Below, one piece after another: positions 24,976 to 39,261 of a DNA stretch of 64,000 bases (positions within the stretch are counted from its first letter, which is position 1; every line of letters begins with the position of its first letter). The translations under genes and the position numbers were made by a program. The stretch is from Heterodontus francisci. Taxonomy: Eukaryota. The stretch spans positions 26,297,461 to 26,361,460 of the forward strand of contig NC_090403.1 of assembly GCF_036365525.1 (NCBI RefSeq). The letters run 5' to 3'. The notes beneath the pieces were generated by a model. That model had not been told where the DNA came from. It did not search any database and worked only from the letters and a program-made list of their open reading frames with translations.

Positions 24976-25505
24976 AAGAACAAAGAACAAAGAAAATTAC
25001 AGCACAGGAGCAGGCCCTTCGGCCCTCCAAGCCTACGCCGATCCAAATCCTCTCTCTAAACCTGTCGCCTATTTTCTAAGGGTCTGTATCTCTTTACTTC
25101 CTGCCCATTCATGTATCTGTCTAGATACATCTTAAAAGACGCTATCATGCCCGCGTCTACCACCTCCGCTGGCAAAGCGTTCCATGCACCCACCACCCTC
25201 TGCGTATAGAAATTTCCACGCATATCCCCCCTAAACTTTTCCCCTTTCACTTTGAACTCGTGTCCCCTTGTAATTGAATACCCCACTCTGGGAAAAAGCT
25301 TCTTGCTATCCACTCTGTCTATACCTCTCATGATTTTGTACACCTCAATCAGGTCCCCCCTCAACCTCTGCCTTTCTAATGAAAATAATCCTAATCTGCT
25401 CAACCTCTCTTCATAGCTAGCGCCCTCCAAACCAGGCAACATCCTGGTGAATCTCCTCTGCACCCTCTCCAAAGCATCCACATCCTTTTGGTAATGTGGC
25501 GACCA
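24976..25505 (-). mobile_element. 5'-truncated CR1 (530 bp), same family as the long CR1
   Basis: Encodes WSPHYQKDVDALERVQRRFTRM...ENRRQV plus the 3' tail. Flanked by an AAATT TSD (24971-24975, 25506-25510). Empty site at about 13840 and 39975. Confidence 0.95.
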
Positions 25506-25864
25506 AAATTGGCATTTTAAAATATATAGGCCCATTTGTTAGTTATATTTGGGTGCAATAGTCATTTTCTTCGTAAAGTAAACTTGCCGAATCTTGTCCT
25601 TATTGCCCAAATGAAGCACTTTAAGATTTGGATCCTCCGGAGAGGCCTGCAATTACAATGGTGATTAATTTATCCTGGCAATAAAGCCACTATTTTGGCA
25701 CAAACTGCTTCCAGTGCAATTTTTTTTCTAAACTAGCGTTGAGAGTGGAAACTCAATTTGCCCTGGACGTAATTTGCAGGTAACAGCGGTCAATCTTTCA
25801 CAGTTATTTCACTGACTTTGGGTGAGTTGCACTGAGCAAACCAGGACAAATAGTCATGTGGTAG

Positions 25865-27014
25865 TACAGAACTTGAGAACTGCTAAAAATAGAGACATAT
25901 TGTGGAAGCTTTTGTTCTTGCGCTCATCAGGCCAACAGGCAAGAATAACCAATGTCAGGGGAAACAACAACTTATTCTGTATGAGAACAGAGTGCTGATT
26001 GGTTGGCAAGTGAAATCTGATTGGTAGAGGCTTTGACATGGAGCATGCACCAGTTTATGGTGACTGACAGTTAACTGTCAAGCTTTGTTTGAAATTTAAA
26101 CCAGGCAGCTTGACTCTGGCTGGTCAAGGCATTTCTCTGAGGAATGAACCAGCAAATGGCTGAAACAGCGGCAATGTGTGTACATGTTCATTCTGTGTGC
26201 ACCGAACAGAACCCTGCGTAATAAGATATGTAGCTTCCAGAACACACAAATGCGCCACACTGTGAGCCCGACTGACAATCTTCAGTTAGTTGTCAGTGTA
26301 ATTCTTAGCACACTGCCGATTATTTAGCAAATGTTGTCCAATTGCAGAATCACATCTAATGTTGGACATTGTGTTCTGAGCTTTGCAACCTAGGGCTGGT
26401 TGGTTACGTCCTGTACGTTGCCTGCTGCAAACAGTGGAAGGGACAATTCACCAGTCTTTGGGATATGCAGCCTAAATACTTAGCATCACACTGGCATTGA
26501 AATTCATACATCACACAACTCACTTGTGTGATAGGCAGGATGATGTTTGCCTTGACAGCAGCATCAGGTTAGTGGTGAACACCATGCGTGTTGCTACTGC
26601 ATAGCGAACTTTACCTGTTGATCAATGTTTTGGGATACATTACCTCCAGGGTAATTTGAGGTAGACTGGGCATTTCTCAGGGCCACAAATAATGGCCTTA
26701 CGCACGTTTCTATGTTTCCGTGATTTCCAGTGAGAAATGATCTGATCAGGGTCACCAATGTCACACAGGATTTCATTGATTCACCCTATTTCAGCATCAA
26801 GCTTGCATGGTGAGCAAATGGCTCGGGCCCTATTTACGAGGTTGACCATAAAGTCAATCTTATAGCGCGTGGAACTGTCGGAATCCCAATACTTGTATTG
26901 AACAATGAAGTATAAGATGTTGTTTTCCCTTACATTGGTTATTCCTGCGTGTTGTCCTGATGAGTGCAAAATGAAAAGCTTCGACAACATATCTCTATTT
27001 TAAGCAATTCTCAA
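25865..27014 (-). mobile_element. Penelope-like retroelement remnant with inverted terminal repeats
   Basis: Homologous to 14200-15363, with a 14-bp internal deletion near 26444. Confidence 0.83.
26950..26989 (+). ncRNA. Minimal type I hammerhead ribozyme motif
   Basis: Identical to 455-494. Confidence 0.8.
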
Positions 27015-28532
27015 AAACTAGGACAAGCGAGCGGAAAGTCCTCTTTGCTTTTTGTTAATTCTAAATTCCTATCCACCATTTATTTTGAGACTTGCATTAT
27101 AAAATTGATGGTCTGAGTGCATAAAACAAGGCACTTCAGATGAAAAGAGGTAGAAATTATGATGTCACTTCGTGGGTGGGAGACAGAGGAATGAATAGAG
27201 GTTCTATGGAATGTTCGGGATGCAAAGTGGCAATAAACTGAACCATTTGGTCGCTGCGTAAAAGATAATGGGAGATTGACTAACAATTTAGGTGAAGCTG
27301 TTTGTCAGCATTTATCATTGTAAATTGCTATGTTAGCATTTGAAATCCAATTTTGACATGGCAACTGCCAAACTGCCATGATATAATTGCAGCCTTTGGT
27401 CATAAGGTTGCTCTTTCCATATCTTCCTATTATTCGCTTGGAGAGAATAGTGCGAACGAATGGAAGGATTTGCAGGATTTTTAACAGTCTGACAAATGGC
27501 GTCTTGAGCATTCCTTCCATGGCCATAAACATACCAATTGACAGATTGATCAGTCCAAGACAACAGGAGAGTATTATAGGCTCCCATAAACCATGCGGAG
27601 TATGGGGAATCCACTGGATACATGTGCACACGTGGATGTCAACCCAGAATTCAGAACCAGAATTTGGACCCTCCATTGAGACACTCTGGGACATCCCATC
27701 CTCTGACCCGAGGCAGTAATCAAAATACTAAGCCAAAGGTTCACTCCAGGCCCTGGCGTGATCCTGTGGAATAAGTCTCTGAAGTTTTCCAACATGCATA
27801 GAAAAAATGTATATTGATGAATTGACTGTGGACAAAGCCAGGGGAAATGTATCAATAAAAAATGAGAGGATAGTCAGTGAAGGGCTGTGTGCACTTGTGG
27901 ATGAATGAAGACTTGTGTTTGAACAAATGGTAGAAATATTGAGATGAATACACAAAAGCAAGGATGAAGTGCATATCAGTGGACCAAAGGGAAGGGAGGA
28001 TAAAAACAAGTAAGTGTGAATGACAGTAGAAAATACACCTGGTCCAGATCATATGCAGTCTAACAAACTATGAAATAAGGTCAATGAGAGAAAGAACAAA
28101 TCATAATTTTCCAATCAACTTCAGAAACAAGTATTGTGCCAAAGGATTGCAGGGTGGCAAGATATTAGACTTAATTCAACTGTATGTAACTCTATGGAGT
28201 CCATAGTATGGGGTGAAATAATTGAGAAGTCGGAGAAGCATGAGGGACAGTCAACACGAATCTGTAAATAATACTTGTGCTTGCAGAATACCGTTTAAGT
28301 TTTCAATAAGCTCACATACAAATCGACAGAAATGCAATCAGTGTTAAAGATATAGATTTTCAGAAGGTGTAAGACACTCCCACTTTTCACTCATTCTCAC
28401 TCATCACACCCATTGACTGATTTCCCCGTCTGTACTCTGTGTCAGATACTCCAGTCATCTCCTGCCGCCACCCATTCCTTTTCTCCGTCCATTTCCAATT
28501 GATGGCTTTATTTTGCCCTTTCCTGTTTAACA

Positions 28533-31432
28533 GGAACTGGTGGTCTGAGGTGTATTTGTTTTAATGCAAGAAGTGTAGTAGGTAAGGCAGATGAACTTAG
28601 GGCTTGGATTAGTACCTGGGTGTATGATGTTATTGCTATTACTGAGACTTGGTTAAGGGAAGGGCATGATTGGCAACTAAATATCCCAGGATACCGATGC
28701 TTCAGGCGGGATAGAGAGGGAGGGAAAAGGGGGGGAGGAGTTGCATTACTGGTCAAAGAGGATATCACAGCTGTGCTGAAGGAAGGCACTAAGGAGGACT
28801 CGAGCTGTGAGGCAATATGGGCAGAACTCAGAAATAGGAAGGGTGCGGTAACAATGTTGGGGCTGTACTATAGGCCTCCCAACAGCGAGCGTGAGATAGA
28901 GGTACAAATATGGAAACAGATTATGGAAAGCTGTAGGAGCAACAGGATGGTGGTGATAGGAGATTTTAATTTTCCCAACATTGACTGGGATTCACTTAAT
29001 GTTAGAGGTCTAGATGGAGCAGAATTTGTAAGGAGCATCCAGGAGGGTTTTCTAGAACAGTATGTAAATAGTCCAACTCGGGAAGGGGCCATACTGGACC
29101 TGGTGTTGGGAAATGAGCCGAGCCAGGTGGTTGACGTTTCAGTAGGGGACTACTTTGGGAATAGTGATCACAATTCCGTAAGTTTTAGAATACTCATGGA
29201 CAAAGACGAGAGTGGTCCTAAAGGAAGAGTGCTAAACTGGGGGAAGGCCAAATATACCAAAATTCGGCAGGAGCTGGGGAATGTAGATTGGGAGCAGCTG
29301 TTTGAAGGTAAATCCACTTTTGATATGTGGGAGGCTTTTAAAGAGAGGTTGATTAGCGTGCAGGAGAGACATGTTCCTGTGAAAATGAGGGGTAGAAATG
29401 GCAAGATTAGGGAACCATGGATGACAGGTGAAATTGTGAGACTAGCTAAGAGGAAAAAGGAAGCACACATAAGGTCTAGGCGGCTGAAGAAAGACGAAGC
29501 TTTGAAAGAATATCGGGATTGTAGGACCAATCTGAAACGAGGAATTAAGAGGGCTAAAAGGGGTCATGAAATATCTTTAGCAAACAGGGTTAAGGAAAAT
29601 CCCAAAGCCTTTTATTCATATATAAGGAGCAAGCGGGTAATTAGAGAAAGGATTGGCCCACTCAAGGACAAAGGAGGAAAGTTATGCGTGGAGTCAGAGA
29701 AAATGGGTGAGATTCTAAACGAGTACCTTGCATCGGTATTCACCGAGGAGAGGGACATGACGGATGTTGAGGTTAGGGACAGATGTTTGATTACTCTAGG
29801 TCAAGTCGGCATAAGGAGGGAGGAAGTGTTGGGTATTCTAAAAGGCATTAAGCTGGACAAGTCCCCAGGTCCGGATGGGATCTATCCCAGGTTACTGTGG
29901 GAAGCGAGAGAGGAAATAGTTGGGGCCTTAACAGATATCTTTGCAACATCCTTAAACACGGGTGAGGTCCCGGAGGACTGGAGAATTGCTAATGTTGACC
30001 CCTTGCTTAAGAAGGGTAGCAGGGAAAGTCCAGGTAATTATAGACCGGTGAGCCTGACGTCAGTGGTAGGGAAGCTGCTGGAGAAGATACTGAGGGATAG
30101 GATCTATTCCCATCTGGAAGAAAATGGGCTCATCAGTGATAGGCAACATGGTTTTGTGCAGGGAAGGTCATGTCTTACCAACTTAATAGAATTCTTTGAG
30201 GAAGTGACAAAGTTGATTGATGAGGGAAGGGCTGTAGATGTCACATACATGGACTTCAGTAAGGCGTTTGATAAGGTTCCCCATGGTAGGCTGATGGAGA
30301 AAGTGAAGGCGCATGGGGTCCAAGGTGTACTAGCTAGATGGATAAAGAACTGGCTGGGCAACAGGAGACAGAGAGTAGCAGTGGAAGGGAGTTTCTCAAA
30401 TTGGAGACGTGTGACCAGTGGTGTTCCACAGGGATCCGTGCTGGGACCACTGTTGTTTGTGATATACATAAATGATTTGGAGGAAAGTATAGGTGGTCTG
30501 ATTAGCAAGTTTGCAGACGACACTAAGATTGGTGGAGTAGCAGATACTGAAGGGGACTGTCAGAGAATACAGCAGAATATAGATAGACTGGAGAGTTGGG
30601 CAGAGAAATGGCAGATGGAGTTCAATCAGGGCAAATGCGAGGTGATGCATTTTGGAAGATCCAATTCAAGAGTGAACTATACAGTAAATGGAAAAGTCCT
30701 GGGGAAAATTGATGTACAGAGAGATTTGGGTGTTCAGGTTCATTGTTCCCTGAAGGTGGCAACGCAGGTCAATAGAGTGGTCAAGAAGGCATACGGCATG
30801 CTTTCCTTCATCGGACGGGGTATTGAGTGCAAGAGTTGGCAGGTCATGTTACAGTTGTATAGGACTTTGGTTCGGCCACATTTGGAATACTGCGTGCCGT
30901 TCTGGTCGCCCCATTACCAAAAGGATGTGGATGCTTTGGAGAGGGTGCAGAGGAGGTTCACCAGGATGTTGCCTGGTATGGAGGGCGCTAGCTATGAAGA
31001 GAGGTTGAGTAGATTAGGATTATTTTCATTAGAAAGACGGAGGTTGAGGGGGGACCTGATTGAGGTGTACAAAATCATGAGAGGTATCGACAGGGTGGAT
31101 AGCAAGAAGCTTTTTCCCAGAGTGGGGGATTCAATTACAAGGGGACACGAGTTCAAAGTGAAAGGGGAAAAGTTTAGGGGGGATATCTGTGGAAAGTTCT
31201 TTACGCAGAGGGTGGTGGGTGCATGGAACGCATTACCAGCGGAGGTGGTAGACGCGGGCACGATAGCGTCTTTTAAGATGTATCTGGACAGATACATGAA
31301 TGGGCAGGAAGTAAAGAGATACAGACCCTTAGAAAATAGGCGACAGGTTTAGATAGAGGATCTGGATCGGCGTAGGCTTGGAGGGCCGAAGGGCCTGTTC
31401 CTGTGCTGTAATTCTCTTTGTTCTTTGTTCTT
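28533..31432 (+). mobile_element. CR1-clade LINE with uninterrupted ORF2 (EN + RT); ORF1 absent
   Basis: ORF track gives 910 aa (28620-31352, GTG start). The frame is open further upstream through the EN N-terminal LRCICFNARS motif. FADD catalytic motif and 3' tail present. Confidence 0.97.
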
Positions 31433-32292
31433 CTAACACCTCAGGCTTAATCCTCTCTCATTTGGAGTGTGGATATGAAGTTGAGAAAAGAGTGGAAAAT
31501 CAGGTAAATTGGGTTTGAAATGGATTGACAGCTTTGAGCAGTGAGGGAAAATCAGACAGCAGAGAGAGGAGACTTGAACAGAGATTGTATCAGTAACAGA
31601 CAGCAAGGAGAAAAATCCAGAGCATTTATAGTGAGTATGGAAAACTGATCAACACAAATGAGAAATAGATATTATTCTTGTAAATGTGAATTTTTGAAAA
31701 CAATTTATTTGCACCAACATATGTTCATTCAGTATAAAAGATTTCCAGTTTACAAAAACATTGTCTATCCCACAACTCTTAATAAATATCAATAAGTTAA
31801 TTTTTAAACTCACTTTACACATTGTATAACACTGTAACATTTCATTATGTGAACAAATCACAACAATAAATATCAATGAATTAGGATGAATTGAGATGGA
31901 TTGTAGTTTGGGCTCTTTGGAGAGCAGAATTGTAAAGGTAGGTGTGACTCAGGGTTCATTGATCTGCAAGCCTACACCCTTGAAAGCCCAATAGTGCATT
32001 CAAAACCAGACTCCCCACAATGAGCCCTTTAGCATTTCATCACAGGAAATTATCACAGCAATAAATATAAATAAATTTAAATAAATAATTAAATATGAAA
32101 CAATATTAAGCCAGTCATTCTTCTCTATCGGTCATTTTGCTGCCAATGGCATCATTACAGCAATCCAATTACATTAAAATATTAAATAAAATAAATACTG
32201 TTGAATAAAATATATGTAGTTATACATTTAAGGCATTTAAAATAAATATTTATTTTTTCCAGTCTGTACTGAAACATGTCTTTGGAAAGTCT

Positions 32293-35200
32293 TCAGTTTC
32301 TTCTTCTGATTTTTGCTGTTATAACAAGGATCTGTTGTAAACAGGCTCTGGTCTCAGTGCGGATTATTTCCCAGGCACAGTCACTGAATATCTGAAGGAA
32401 GGAAATATTCGGGAAAATCCATTAGAGAATCAATAGATTTAAATGGGGTGAAATGAACTACATGCTAGTAATTACACAGAAAATACCAATTGTCCCACCT
32501 TCTGTTTGAGAAACTTTTCCAGTTTCCTGAAGTATTTGTGAATGGCAGTCTTGCTCCTGGGCTTGGACTCTGATCTCAATTTCCAGACACATTCTTCCAG
32601 CTCTCCGAGTTGCCGATCGAGGAGAAGACGAAAGTTTTCCACTTTGTCTCGGGGCCATGTGACTGAGCCCAGGTTCATGCTGTAGATCTTGTTGATGTGA
32701 CGCAGGGTTTGATGGACAATCTGGATGCTGTCCTGGGCCTGTGCACAATAGACACAATGACATTAGAGGGGGTCTTATACCTTTTCGGTTTAAAGTAGTA
32801 ATGGAAAGGAACAAGGAATCGGTCAACAGTAAATAAGCAACGGGAGGCTTTAATAGTGAAGACATCTTGGGTACAGACTGGGTTCATTCCTATGAAGCAG
32901 AAAGTAAGGACATGCAAAAATTCGAGCTCCGTGGATAGAGAGCTCAAATAGATAGTGAAAAGGAAGGCTTCTCATAAATATTAGGCTCATAATAACGTGG
33001 GGAACAAAGCTGAATATAAACAGTACAGAGAAGAACTATCAAAGAAATGAGGGGCAGAGTGCATAGAAAATGGACTAGCTGCAAACAAAAAAGGGAAGCT
33101 ACAAATCTTTTACAAGCATGTAAAGGGAAAGAAGGGTTAGTAATTAGTGGCCGGAAAAGCAATTTTCTTCTGGAGCAGGGGGTACAGCTGAGGATCTAAA
33201 TGATTAATTTGCACGTGTCTTCACTAAATAGGATGGTTCGAATATCACAGTAAAGATGGGTGTTTGGCAGAGGTGGAGGTAGAAGAAAAATTGGATAGGG
33301 TGAAAATAGATACAGAGGAGGTCTTTAAAAGATTGGTGGCACTCTGCGTAGGAAAGTCACCCAGTCTGGATAGAATATGTCGCAGGTTGCTGAGGAAAGT
33401 AAGTGCTGAAATAATGGAAGTTCTGGCCACAATTTTCCAGTCCTCCTTAGATGTGAGAGTGATGCCAAAGGACTGGAAGTTTTCTGCCTGTTCAAAAAAG
33501 AAAGAGGGTAAACTTGACAACCACAGACCTGTTCGCCCTTCATGGGTGGCGGGAAGTTTGTCGACAGTATTTTTCCAAGGTAAAATGAATTGTCACTTAC
33601 CAAAATATGACTTAGTAAATGTCAACCAGTAAAAATTTGTTAAGGTAAAATCATGTTGCCTAACTTGATTGAGTTATTCGATCAAGTAGCAGAAAGGATT
33701 GCTGAGGGAGGTGTGGTGATTGTTGTGTATATAGATCTTCAAAATATCTGTATACAGATTTGCTGAATTGATGGTGAAAAAATTCAATAATAGGTTTGAA
33801 AGGGAAATTGAGTAAATAGTTGAAGTGGAAAGGTTTGCATGGCTATGGGAAATAGTGAGGGGAGTGGGAATAATTGGATAATTCATTCAAAGAGCCTGCA
33901 CAAGCATGATGAGCCACATGGCCTCTTCTGTACCATTCAATGATTCTATGACTTAACCTGCCCTGATGGTGCAAACCTCACAGCCAATCACTGTAGCTCA
34001 GGAGTGAGATGGTTAGAGGGAGGCAGATTGTTACATTGTGTAAGATGAATGGGTGAGTTTAGATAATTAGAGGAAGTGAGATGATGAGAAGCAAGGTAAT
34101 TTGACAAGATTCATGGTTAACATAGATGGAGGGTGTGAAATGGTTAAAAGAATGATTAGGGGACACTGGCGTACTGATAATGTTACTTGAATACTAATTC
34201 AGACGCCAGGAAAAAGCTCTGGGAACATGAGTCCAAATCCCACCAGAGTGGCTGGTGGAAATTAAATTTAATTATTAAATCTGCGGTTAAAAGCTAGTCT
34301 CATTTATGGTTACCATGAAACTAATGGATTGTCATTAAAAACACATCTATTTCATCAATGCCCAATCTACTGCCCTTACCTGGTCTGGCCTATATGTGAC
34401 TCCAGAACCGACTCTGAAAGGGCCTCGCAAGCCACTCAGTTGTATCAAACCACTGTCGAAAAGTTGAATAAGAATAAAACTGGACAGATTGACCACAGTA
34501 CCAGAAATGACAATGGCAGACTCTGACCAGTCAACCCTGCAAAATCCTCCTTACTATTATCTGGGGACCTGTGCCAAAATAAAGAGAACTGTCCCACAGA
34601 TTGCTCAAGTATTGGCCTGGCAGATTCATACTCACTGAATCATACCATTCAGCCATTGTCCCAGACTACTCCATCATCATCGCAGAGGGACAAGATACAG
34701 CCAGCAGAGTTAGTTGCACAGTCGTAAACAGTCGGGAGGGAGTGTCCTCAACATTGACTCCAGACCCCGTGAATTCTCACACCATCAGGCCAAACATGGG
34801 CAAGGAAATCACCTGCTGATTACCACCTAGTGCCTCCCTCAGACAATCAAACTTGCTCTGCTACACAATAAGATCATGGCTGATCCGATTGTGACATTAA
34901 CTCCACTTTCCTCCCTTAACCAGCACCACCCCCATATCTCTTGACTCCCCTGTAGATCAAAAATCTGTCTAACTCAGCCTTGAATATGTTCGGTGAATCA
35001 CCCACCACTGCTCTCTGGGGAAGAGAATTCCAAATATTAAAGACCCTCTGAGAGAAGAAAGACCTCCTCGTCTCCATCTTAAAAAGAGACTCCTTATTTT
35101 AAAATTGTGCCCCCTTGTCTATCTCACGAAGAAAAACATCCTGTCAGCATCTACGCTGTCAAGCCCCCTCAGAATATTATATGTTTCAATAAGATCACCG

Positions 35201-38200
35201 CTCATTCTTCTGAACTCCAATGCGTATCGACCCAACCTCCTCAACCTTTCCTCATAAGACAACCCTTTCATCCTAGGAATCAGCCTAGAGAGCTTTTGCT
35301 GAACTGCTTCCAATGCATGTATATCCCTCAGATGATGAATCAATACTCCTTCATGTTTAACACCACTTTGAGGAAGCAGTGTGGGTAGTAATGGCACAGA
35401 ATGTACTCTTGGTGGAGAACCTCAATGCCCATCACCAAGAGTGGCTCAGTAGCAGCACTACTGACCGAGCTGGTCCAGTCCTGATGGATGTAACATCCAG
35501 ACTGGGCCTGCAGCAAGTGGTGATGATCCAGGAAAAAGGAAAATTTGCCTGACATCGCCCTCACCAAGCGACCTGTTGCAGATGCATCTGTCCATGACAG
35601 TATTGGTAGGAGTGAGTACCACATAGTCCTTATGGAGATGATGTCCTATCTTCACTCTGAGGATACTGTCCATTGTGTGCAATGGCATTACCAGGGTGCT
35701 TATTGGGATACATTCAGGACAGATCTAGCAGCTGAAAACTGGGCATCCATGAGGCACTGTGAGCCATCAGCAGCAGCAGAATTGTATTCAATCAGACTCT
35801 GTAACTGCATGGCCTGGCATGTCCCTCACTCTACCATCACCATCAAGCCCAAGGATCAGACCTGGTTCAATGAGGAGTTTAAGAGAGCAAGCCAGGAGCA
35901 GCACCAGGGATATCTAAAAATGAGATATCAACCTGGTGAAGCTACCACACAGGACAACATGCATGTTAAACAGCAGAAGCAGCATGCCATAGAGCTAAGA
36001 GATCCCACACCAATGGATCAGATCAAAGCTCTGCAGCCCTGCCACATCCAGTTGTGTATGGTGGTGGACAATTAAACAACTGACAGGAGGAAAAGGCTCC
36101 ACAAACATCCCCAGTGTCAATGCTGGGGGAGCCCAGAATATTAGTGCAAAAGACAAGGCTAAAGTATTTGCATCCATCTTGGCCTCCTCGTGAGGTCCCC
36201 AGCATCATAGATGCAAATCTTCAACCAATTCAATTCACTCCACGTGATATCAAGAAATGGCTGAAGGGACAGGATACAGCAAAGGCTATAGGGCCTCACA
36301 ACATCCTGGCAGTAGAATTGAAGACTTGTTCTCCAGAATAAGCTGCACCCTTAGCCAAGCTTTTCCAGTACAGCTACAACATTGCGATCTACCCAACAAA
36401 GCAGAAAATTGCCCAGGTGTGTCATGTGCACAAAAGACAGTACAAATCCAATCTGGCCAATTTCCATCCCATCAGTCTGCTCTCGATCATCAGCAAAGTG
36501 CTGGAGGGTGTGGTCAACAGTTCTATCAAGTGGCACTTACACAGCAATAACCTGTTCACTGATGCAGTTCCAACAGGGCTATCCAGCTCCAGGCCTCATA
36601 ATAGCCTTTGTCCAGACATGGACAAAAGGGCTGAATTCAAGTGGTAAGATGAGAGTGACTGACTTGACATCAAGGCAGCATTTGACTGAGTGTGGAATCA
36701 AAGAGCCCTAGCAAAATTGAAGTCAATGTGAATCAGGGGGTAAACTCTTCATTGATTGGAGTCATACCGAGAACAAATGAAGATGGTTGTGGTTGTTGAC
36801 AGCCAAACATCTAAGCCCCAGGACATCGCTGCAGGAGTTTCACAGGTTAATGTCCCAGACCTAACCATCTTCAGCCGCTTCATCAATGACCTTCCCACCA
36901 TCAGAAGCTCAGAAGTGGGAATGTTCACTGATGACGTTATTCAGTACCAACCGTGACTCCTCAGGTACTCAAGCAGTTCATCTCCACCTGCAGCAAGAGC
37001 TGGACAACATTCAGGCTTCGGCTGATAAGTGACAAGTAACATTCATGACCACAAGTGCCAAGCAATGACCATCTCCAACAAGAGAGAATCTAACCATCTC
37101 CACTTGATATTCAACAACATTACCATCACTGAATATCCCACTATCAACATCCTGAGGGTTATCATTGACCAGAAACTTAACAGGACCAGTCATATAAATA
37201 CTGTGGCAACAAGAGCAGCTCAGAGGCTGGTAATTCTGCGGGAGTAATTCACCTCCTGACTCCCCAATGCCAGTCCACCACCTACAAGGCACAAGTCAGG
37301 AATGTGATGGAATACTCTCCACTTGCCTGGATGAGTGCAGCTCCAACAACACTCAAGATGCTCGACACCATCCAGGACGAAGCAGCCCAATTGATTGACA
37401 CCAGATCCAACACCTTCAACATTCTCTCCCTCCACCAGCATTGCAGTGTGTAACTTGTACAAGATGCACTGCAGCAAATCACCAAGAATTCTTCGACAGC
37501 ACTTTCCAAAGCTGCAACCTCTACCACAGCAGCTGCTTGGCAACACTATCACCTGCGTGTTCCCCTCCAAGCTACAAACCATCCTGACTTGGGAGTATAT
37601 CGCCGTTCCTACACTGTTAGAATTAAGGAGAAAGTAAGTGCTGTCATTGTGAGTGATGTAGTTAGTGAGTGAATGATTGAGTAGTTCTGCTGTCATTCTC
37701 ACACCAATGGGCGGAAAACACTGGATTTAAATTTCCTGGTGTTGAAATTTCTGATCAGGTTGATGATCTTACTCATACTCTCAATAAAACTCCAGTTCGA
37801 ATAAAATAAACCCAGTGTTCACTCACCTCGAATCCCTTCGAAAGTTTCATCAGGTTCAAGGGCTTGGTTTTCAGTGAGAGCCTCTGTTTTACACACTGTC
37901 GAGGAAAGGGACCGCCCTGAGAGGAGATAACAATCACTGTTACAATCAGCCCCAGAAACTGAAATACTACAGAATCACTGACTATTAATTAGCAAAATTA
38001 TAAACTGCAAACTATTTCTCCTGATATGGCTTTTCACAACAAACAAACCCTGTGTGGTCCGGTTATGGTTCTGAATGTGTTTTAAACTCACCATTTCATT
38101 CAGTTTGCTCAGAGTCTCTGTGTTGAGAACTTGCTGTAACTGCAACCTCTCACAGCCCAGACTCAGGGTCCCGGGCAACAAGACCAACACCATCCAAAAT

Positions 38201-38223
38201 CTCCAAACACTGGGCAAAGCCAT
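32293..38223 (-). CDS. ifn1: Type I interferon, copy 3 (4 exons, 186 aa)
   Basis: Exons 38223-38092, 37916-37827, 32738-32499, 32391-32293; intact. Differs from copy 1 by H51Q. Confidence 0.95.
32877..37618 (+). mobile_element. Intron 2 block of decayed LINEs (nested inverted CR1 at about 34848-35323)
   Basis: Collinear with 6380-11127. Confidence 0.8.
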
Positions 38224-38321
38224 CCCAAGCGACCCAGAGTAAAACACTGATCTGAAGGATGAGTAACCGACGGCTTCGATGTTCAGCGCCAAAACGCTTC
38301 TTGTTCACTGACTTAAACTGT

Positions 38322-39261
38322 GAAAGTGGAAATGCAGCCGATTCTGATCCAGGAGCGACCGTCTGTGTTGCTGAATGGTGTGAGAGTGCGGCTGGATTCT
38401 GCTGGGATCTCTCACTGACACTGCCATGCTGTCGGATTTAATGTGTGGCATTACATTCGAAAAGTGAAAATATTCTGCAGGATTTTTGGAGTTTGTGCTA
38501 TTTCTTTTTGATGTAAGGAATCGAAAATCTGGAGACTCCAGAGCCAGCGACTGGAAAATCCCCGGTAGAAAAACATTGAACCAGCTCTCGATTCCAGTTC
38601 AATGTTGTGTGGGTTCAGATCACCGGGGCATGAAGGGAGAGTCTGCATTGGGGGGAGTGTGAACATGTATTGGGGCTGTATTTTATAATCGGGTTTAGAG
38701 AGACACTGACAGCGGTAATCCGGTGCCGCGGCTTTTAATGCTGACATTCGGCTCCAGAAAGAGCGATTCCCTTTTAAATCCACTCTCTCCCCGGTGTGCT
38801 CACATCGCGCTTTTCCTGTTCACACTTCGCAGGTTGGACATTGCAGAGACCCCGGGTCACAGCCCAGGGTCACCGCTTGATGCCGAATGTCTCCGCTCGG
38901 ATTCACCTGTCGGAGAATCTGCTCATTCAGTGGAAGAAGTTTGTCATTTCTGGGCTCTTTTCTGCGGTCATTTTCAGAGTTTGTTTGAAAGAAAATTTAA
39001 TCTGCTTCGACTCTGAGTCCCAAAGTGATCCCGCTCCCTTTTCTTTCATCATTTCTTTCTTGTATCCCTCCCGGGAAAGTGTCCGTGTCAGTTTCTCTGT
39101 GGAAATGAACCTTGTGTCAATTACATCGAAAGTGAAAGTGTCTCAGGGAAAGTGACGAGTTTTGTCATTTCCGAAAGGGAGGAGAGTTTGGAAACAGAGC
39201 GGGTCACACTGAGAGGGCTGAGGGGGAGCTGCAACAGGGTTTGGGATATCCGGGATATCCC
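38322..39261 (-). promoter_or_regulatory. IFN copy 3 upstream region (IRF-E and kB-like sites)
   Basis: Same motifs as copy 1. The proximal site reads GAAAGTGGAAA, as in copy 2. Confidence 0.7.

Noticed and set aside
25056-25535. 159-aa ORF as a novel fusion protein
   Set aside because: A chance in-frame ATG in the flank joins the C-terminal CR1 ORF2 fragment. There is no support for expression.
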